From the NCBI RefSeq assembly GCF_000400465.1, contig NW_008806284.1:150001-182000 (forward strand): DNA of 32,000 nt. Reading direction: 5' to 3'. A program made the translations under genes and the position numbers. Source of the stretch: Wallemia ichthyophaga EXF-994. Lineage: Eukaryota > Fungi > Basidiomycota. A model generated the notes under the pieces. That model was given only the letters and a program-made list of their open reading frames with translations, was not told the DNA's origin and did no database searches. Below are positions 30,882-32,000 of the stretch, in pieces (position 1 is the first letter of the stretch; every line of letters starts with the position of its first letter).

Positions 30882-32000
30882 ATGAGGGGCAAGAAGACGG
30901 TAAAGCAGCCACAGCAGCCACAGCAGAGGCGTAGATCTTCAAGGAGCAGTGTAGTTCAACAGCGCAGGGATTCAATGGATAGCGCCAGTGCTAGTGCGAG
31001 TGGAGCTAGCACATCGACACCAACAAAGCCAGTATCACCGCATTCATCACCTATTATACAGAGAGTATTTAATACGACTTCAATACCTGCTATAGGCGCA
31101 TTACCCATTCAATTCGATCAAGAAGGTGATCCAATTCCTTATACAACAACAGCGAATTCTGCAACTGCAGGCAAATCTACAATCCCAATACCACCATCCC
31201 AGCCATTGGACTTGAATAGAGTTAGATTAGAAGCTCCACATGAGCCTAGTAGAACTAAGCACAGAATGTTCAATTTGCCTCATTGTCCTGTCTTCTATCC
31301 AACTGAACAGGAATGGAATCTTAACCCTTTTGAATACTTGGAATCCTTATCCGATAATCATAAGGCTTATGATTACGGTATTTGTAAGATTGTACCACCA
31401 CCCAACTGGAGACCTGAATTCAGCTTGGATTCCAGTAGATTTAGGTTTAGAAGCAGATCTCAGAAGCTAGACACTGTCACTGCTTCTGCTAGAGTCAAGC
31501 ATAATTACTCAAAGCAATTGTTTCGCTTCCATGACCAGAATGGCTCAAATTTATCACCTAATCCACACGTAGATCATCGCCCAATTGACCTTTATAAGCT
31601 CAAAGTTGATGTTGCTAGTTTGGGTGGTTTCGATATGGTTAGTTGGTTTAATCATCTTGATTCCCACTCATTTCCACTTTCACAGGTTGAAATCTCTAAC
31701 CAATGGTCACTCATCGCTAAAGAACACGGATTAAAAAAAGTCAAACCTTTCGTTCAACCTTTTAGACAAGCTTACATTGATTACATTAAGCCTTACGAGA
31801 CTTTTATCTCAACTTTCAAGGCTAAATCTGACAAGGATCGTCAAGGCGAAATTGATATGAGTTTTGATGACATGGACAACATCAAATATAGGCTCAATGG
31901 CGAAAACAGCTATGATGAAATCAACAAGTCCGAGATCAACAACGGCGGCGATCAAATATTGCAAAATGTCGACCTCGAACAGGGCTCGGCGCTCCCGAAA
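30882..32000 (+). CDS. KDM5/JARID1 (Lid2/Jhd2-like) histone H3K4 demethylase, 3'-partial; intron 31638-31685
   Basis: JmjN (CPVFYPTEQEWNLNPFEYL...YGICKIVPPPNW), FRFRSRSQKL, then ARID (IDLYKLKVDVASLGGFDMV...WSLIAKEHG...YIKPYE). The frame is open to the window end. Confidence 0.88.
   Translation, partial: MRGKKTVKQPQQPQQRRRSSRSSVVQQRRDSMDSASASASGASTSTPTKPVSPHSSPIIQRVFNTTSIPAIGALPIQFDQEGDPIPYTTTANSATAGKSTIPIPPSQPLDLNRVRLEAPHEPSRTKHRMFNLPHCPVFYPTEQEWNLNPFEYLESLSDNHKAYDYGICKIVPPPNWRPEFSLDSSRFRFRSRSQKLDTVTASARVKHNYSKQLFRFHDQNGSNLSPNPHVDHRPIDLYKLKVDVASLGGFDMVSWFNHLDSHSFPLSQVEISNQWSLIAKEHGLKKVKPFVQPFRQAYIDYIKPYETFISTFKAKSDKDRQGEIDMSFDDMDNIKYRLNGENSYDEINKSEINNGGDQILQNVDLEQGSALPK

Noticed and set aside
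1-32000. Transposons, CRISPR arrays, rRNA, secondary-metabolite backbone genes
   Set aside because: No transposase or RT motifs, terminal repeats, spacer arrays, rRNA-like sequence or PKS/NRPS domains were seen.

Overview
Eukaryotic, very compact fungal DNA with short (mostly 41-57 nt) GT-AG introns and intergenic spacers often under 100 nt. Gene content and compaction suggest a basidiomycete with a reduced genome, Wallemia-like (inference). I can support 20 protein-coding genes and one intron-containing tRNA-Glu(TTC). Recognisable genes: UGP1, ELP4, eIF3h, IDI1, MED21, ERF2-type DHHC, MIS12, ASA1, a sphingolipid C9-methyltransferase, RKR1/LTN1, ATM1, an RBM5/10-like gene and the 5' part of a KDM5-like gene. 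Two spliced genes are missing from the ORF track: a 59-aa microprotein and a 143-aa YjcF/ElaA-like GNAT. The most interesting locus is 14.6-19.7 kb. There a free-standing DUF2156 (MprF-C / ErdS-type aminoacyl-tRNA transferase) gene with no fused tRNA synthetase sits head-to-head with an HSL-family alpha/beta hydrolase, next to a steroid 5-alpha-reductase-like gene and the C9-methyltransferase. This resembles a synthase/hydrolase module for tRNA-dependent lipid (probably sterol) aminoacylation with an atypical architecture. No transposons, CRISPR arrays or rRNA were seen. All family assignments come from motif recognition by eye, not database searches.
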